Shown one piece after another: positions 62,240 through 64,000 of a stretch of 64,000 bases of DNA (positions are counted from its first letter, which is position 1; each line of letters opens with the position of its first letter). The DNA lies in assembly GCA_964016885.1 (NCBI GenBank), contig OZ024754.1, forward strand, positions 23,436,001 to 23,500,000, read 5' to 3'. A program made the translations under genes and the position numbers. The notes beneath the pieces were generated by a model. It searched no databases, was not told the origin of the DNA, and saw only the letters and a list, made by a program, of their open reading frames with translations. The stretch comes from Eledone cirrhosa (Eukaryota).

Positions 62240-62910
62240 CGAACATTTATTATAATGCTCGGTGTGTTTGTAAACAAACATCCCGAATTAAGCCGTACAG
62301 TGTCTAGCAACCATCGTTGCTCATTTGTTCAACACTGACAAAGGAACGCTGTACTAGTTTCAAGCTTATTAGCTATCGTCAGCAACTTATACCTTCCTGC
62401 CAGATGATTGAACGTCTGAAAGTATATACTTTCCTTATGCATATTAACGGCTGAGCAGCCTAATTTGCATATCGAGAGAATTAATCGGCCGGGGTACCGA
62501 AAACGATAAACGTAAAAAATGAAACATAAGGAAAGTATATACTTTCAGACGTTTAGTCATCTGGCAGGAAGGTATACGATGCTGACGATAGCTAATACGC
62601 TTGAAACTAGTACATCGTTCCTGTGTCAGTGTTGAACAAAAAGGTGACGTGGTTGCCTAAACACTGTACGGCGTAATTCGGGTTGTTTGTTTGTATTCAA
62701 ACAAAAAAACCGAGCATTATAATAAATGTTCGGTAAACCGATACGTGCATATATATATGTGTGTGCATGTATGTATATATATACATACTACAGTACGTCT
62801 GTATACATATATGTTTGTACGTATACATACATACATACTTACATTTAAGTAGGTGCCGTACTAAGAGTGAGAAATGAAATTTCGTTTCATTCTATTCACT
62901 TTATCGTTTA
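62240..62910. repeat. Palindromic element with HHRs at 62347..62386 (-) and 62577..62617 (+)
   Basis: Same family as 28140..28720; inverted arms around ~62480. Confidence 0.75.
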
Positions 62911-62912
62911 TG

Positions 62913-62991
<79 letters not shown>

Positions 62992-63349
62992 ATATATATA
63001 TATATATATGTATGTATATATGTATATATAGTGTATTTTGCAATACACTGTCTGCTTAATTAAAAGCAGTTCGAAGACCTTATGCTATTGTTTTAGAGTA
63101 GTGACAGACTGTTTGCTGAAAATTAAAGTAAGTGAGTCTGTCACTACTCTAAAACAATAGCATAAGGTCTTCGAAATGCTTTTACTTAAGCATACAGTGT
63201 ATTGCAAAATACACTATATATACATTCATATATATATAGCTATTTCAGAGCACCAATTCTAATTTTCAATTTCTGCTTGACCGGCAACCGCTCTGTATAA
63301 TCAGTTCCTGATTATTTACTAGAATTCTATAAGAACCAAACATCCATGA

Positions 63350-63441
63350 TTTCAGCAAACAGGAGGAGTAGTTGGCTTTGATAAGCATCAATAAATGCGA
63401 AACAAGGCCTTGTCAGCTTTATCTCGCCCTGTTTGCTGAAA
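63350..63441 (+). ncRNA. Type I hammerhead ribozyme (U3-A8 core), array unit 1
   Basis: ggct TTGATAA gcat caataa atgc GAAA caaggccttg TC agct inside a perfect 14-bp outer stem; predicted cleavage after C63414. Confidence 0.82.
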
Positions 63442-63669
63442 ATTCAAGTAAGTGAATCTGTCACTACTCTAAAACAAGAGCACAAGGTTTTCGAAATGCT
63501 TTTAATTAAGAATACAGTGTATTGCAAAATACACTATATATACATTCATATATATATATATATTTCAGAGCACCAATTCTAATTTTCAATTTCTGCTTGA
63601 CCGGCAACCGCTCTGTATAATCAGTTCCTGATTATTTACTAGAATTCTATAAGAACCAAACATCCATGA

Positions 63670-63761
63670 TTTCAGCAAACAGGAGGAGTAGTTGGCTTTG
63701 ATAAGCATCAATAAATGCGAAACAAGGCCTTGTCAGCTTTATCTCGCCCTGTTTGCTGAAA
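63670..63761 (+). ncRNA. Type I hammerhead ribozyme (U3-A8 core), array unit 2
   Basis: Identical to unit 1 at +320; predicted cleavage after C63734. Confidence 0.82.
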
Positions 63762-64000
63762 ATTCAAGTAAGTGAGTCTGTCACTACTCTAAAACAATAG
63801 CATAAGGTTTTCGAAATGCTTTTAATTAAGAATACAGTGTATTGCAAAATACACTATATATACATTCATATATATATATATATTTCAGAGCACCAATTCT
63901 AATTTTCAATTTCTGCTTGACCGGCAACCGCTCTGTATAATCAGTTCCTGATTATTTACTAGAATTCTATAAGAACCAAACATCCATGATTTCAGCAAAC

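Larger units (their letters stand above)
63025..64000 (+). repeat. 320-bp tandem array, each complete unit carrying a hammerhead ribozyme, preceded by an inverted partial unit; runs off the right edge
   Basis: catccatgatttcagcaaac ends at 63360, 63680 and 64000; 63025-63110 is the reverse complement of ~63135-63220. Confidence 0.92.

Overview
AT-rich animal DNA with no prokaryotic features. It is most consistent with an octopus or other coleoid cephalopod C2H2 zinc-finger cluster; this is inferred from the single-exon TGEKP/TGDKP finger arrays, tRNA-SINE and RTE-LINE load, and huge (TA)n/(CA)n tracts. It holds three C2H2-ZNF paralogues (one intact, two disrupted). Two of them sit tail-to-tail in a large inverted segmental duplication (arms ~11010-34203 and ~43032-57815, ~8.8 kb spacer). 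A young CsRn1-type Ty3/gypsy LTR element with a -1 frameshift site is in the left arm only. There are also RTE LINEs, SINEs, Helitrons, MITEs and Penelope-like (PLE) fragments. The most striking hidden layer is RNA structure. About 13 unrelated short repeat families, mostly embedded in (TA)n and often with inverted ends, each carry a hammerhead-ribozyme (HHR) fold. They include a 320-bp tandem HHR array at the right edge that resembles a circRNA-producing retrozyme and shows compensatory base changes against a dispersed copy. All calls were made by eye. Boundaries are approximate unless tied to a quoted motif, and ribozyme activity is untested.
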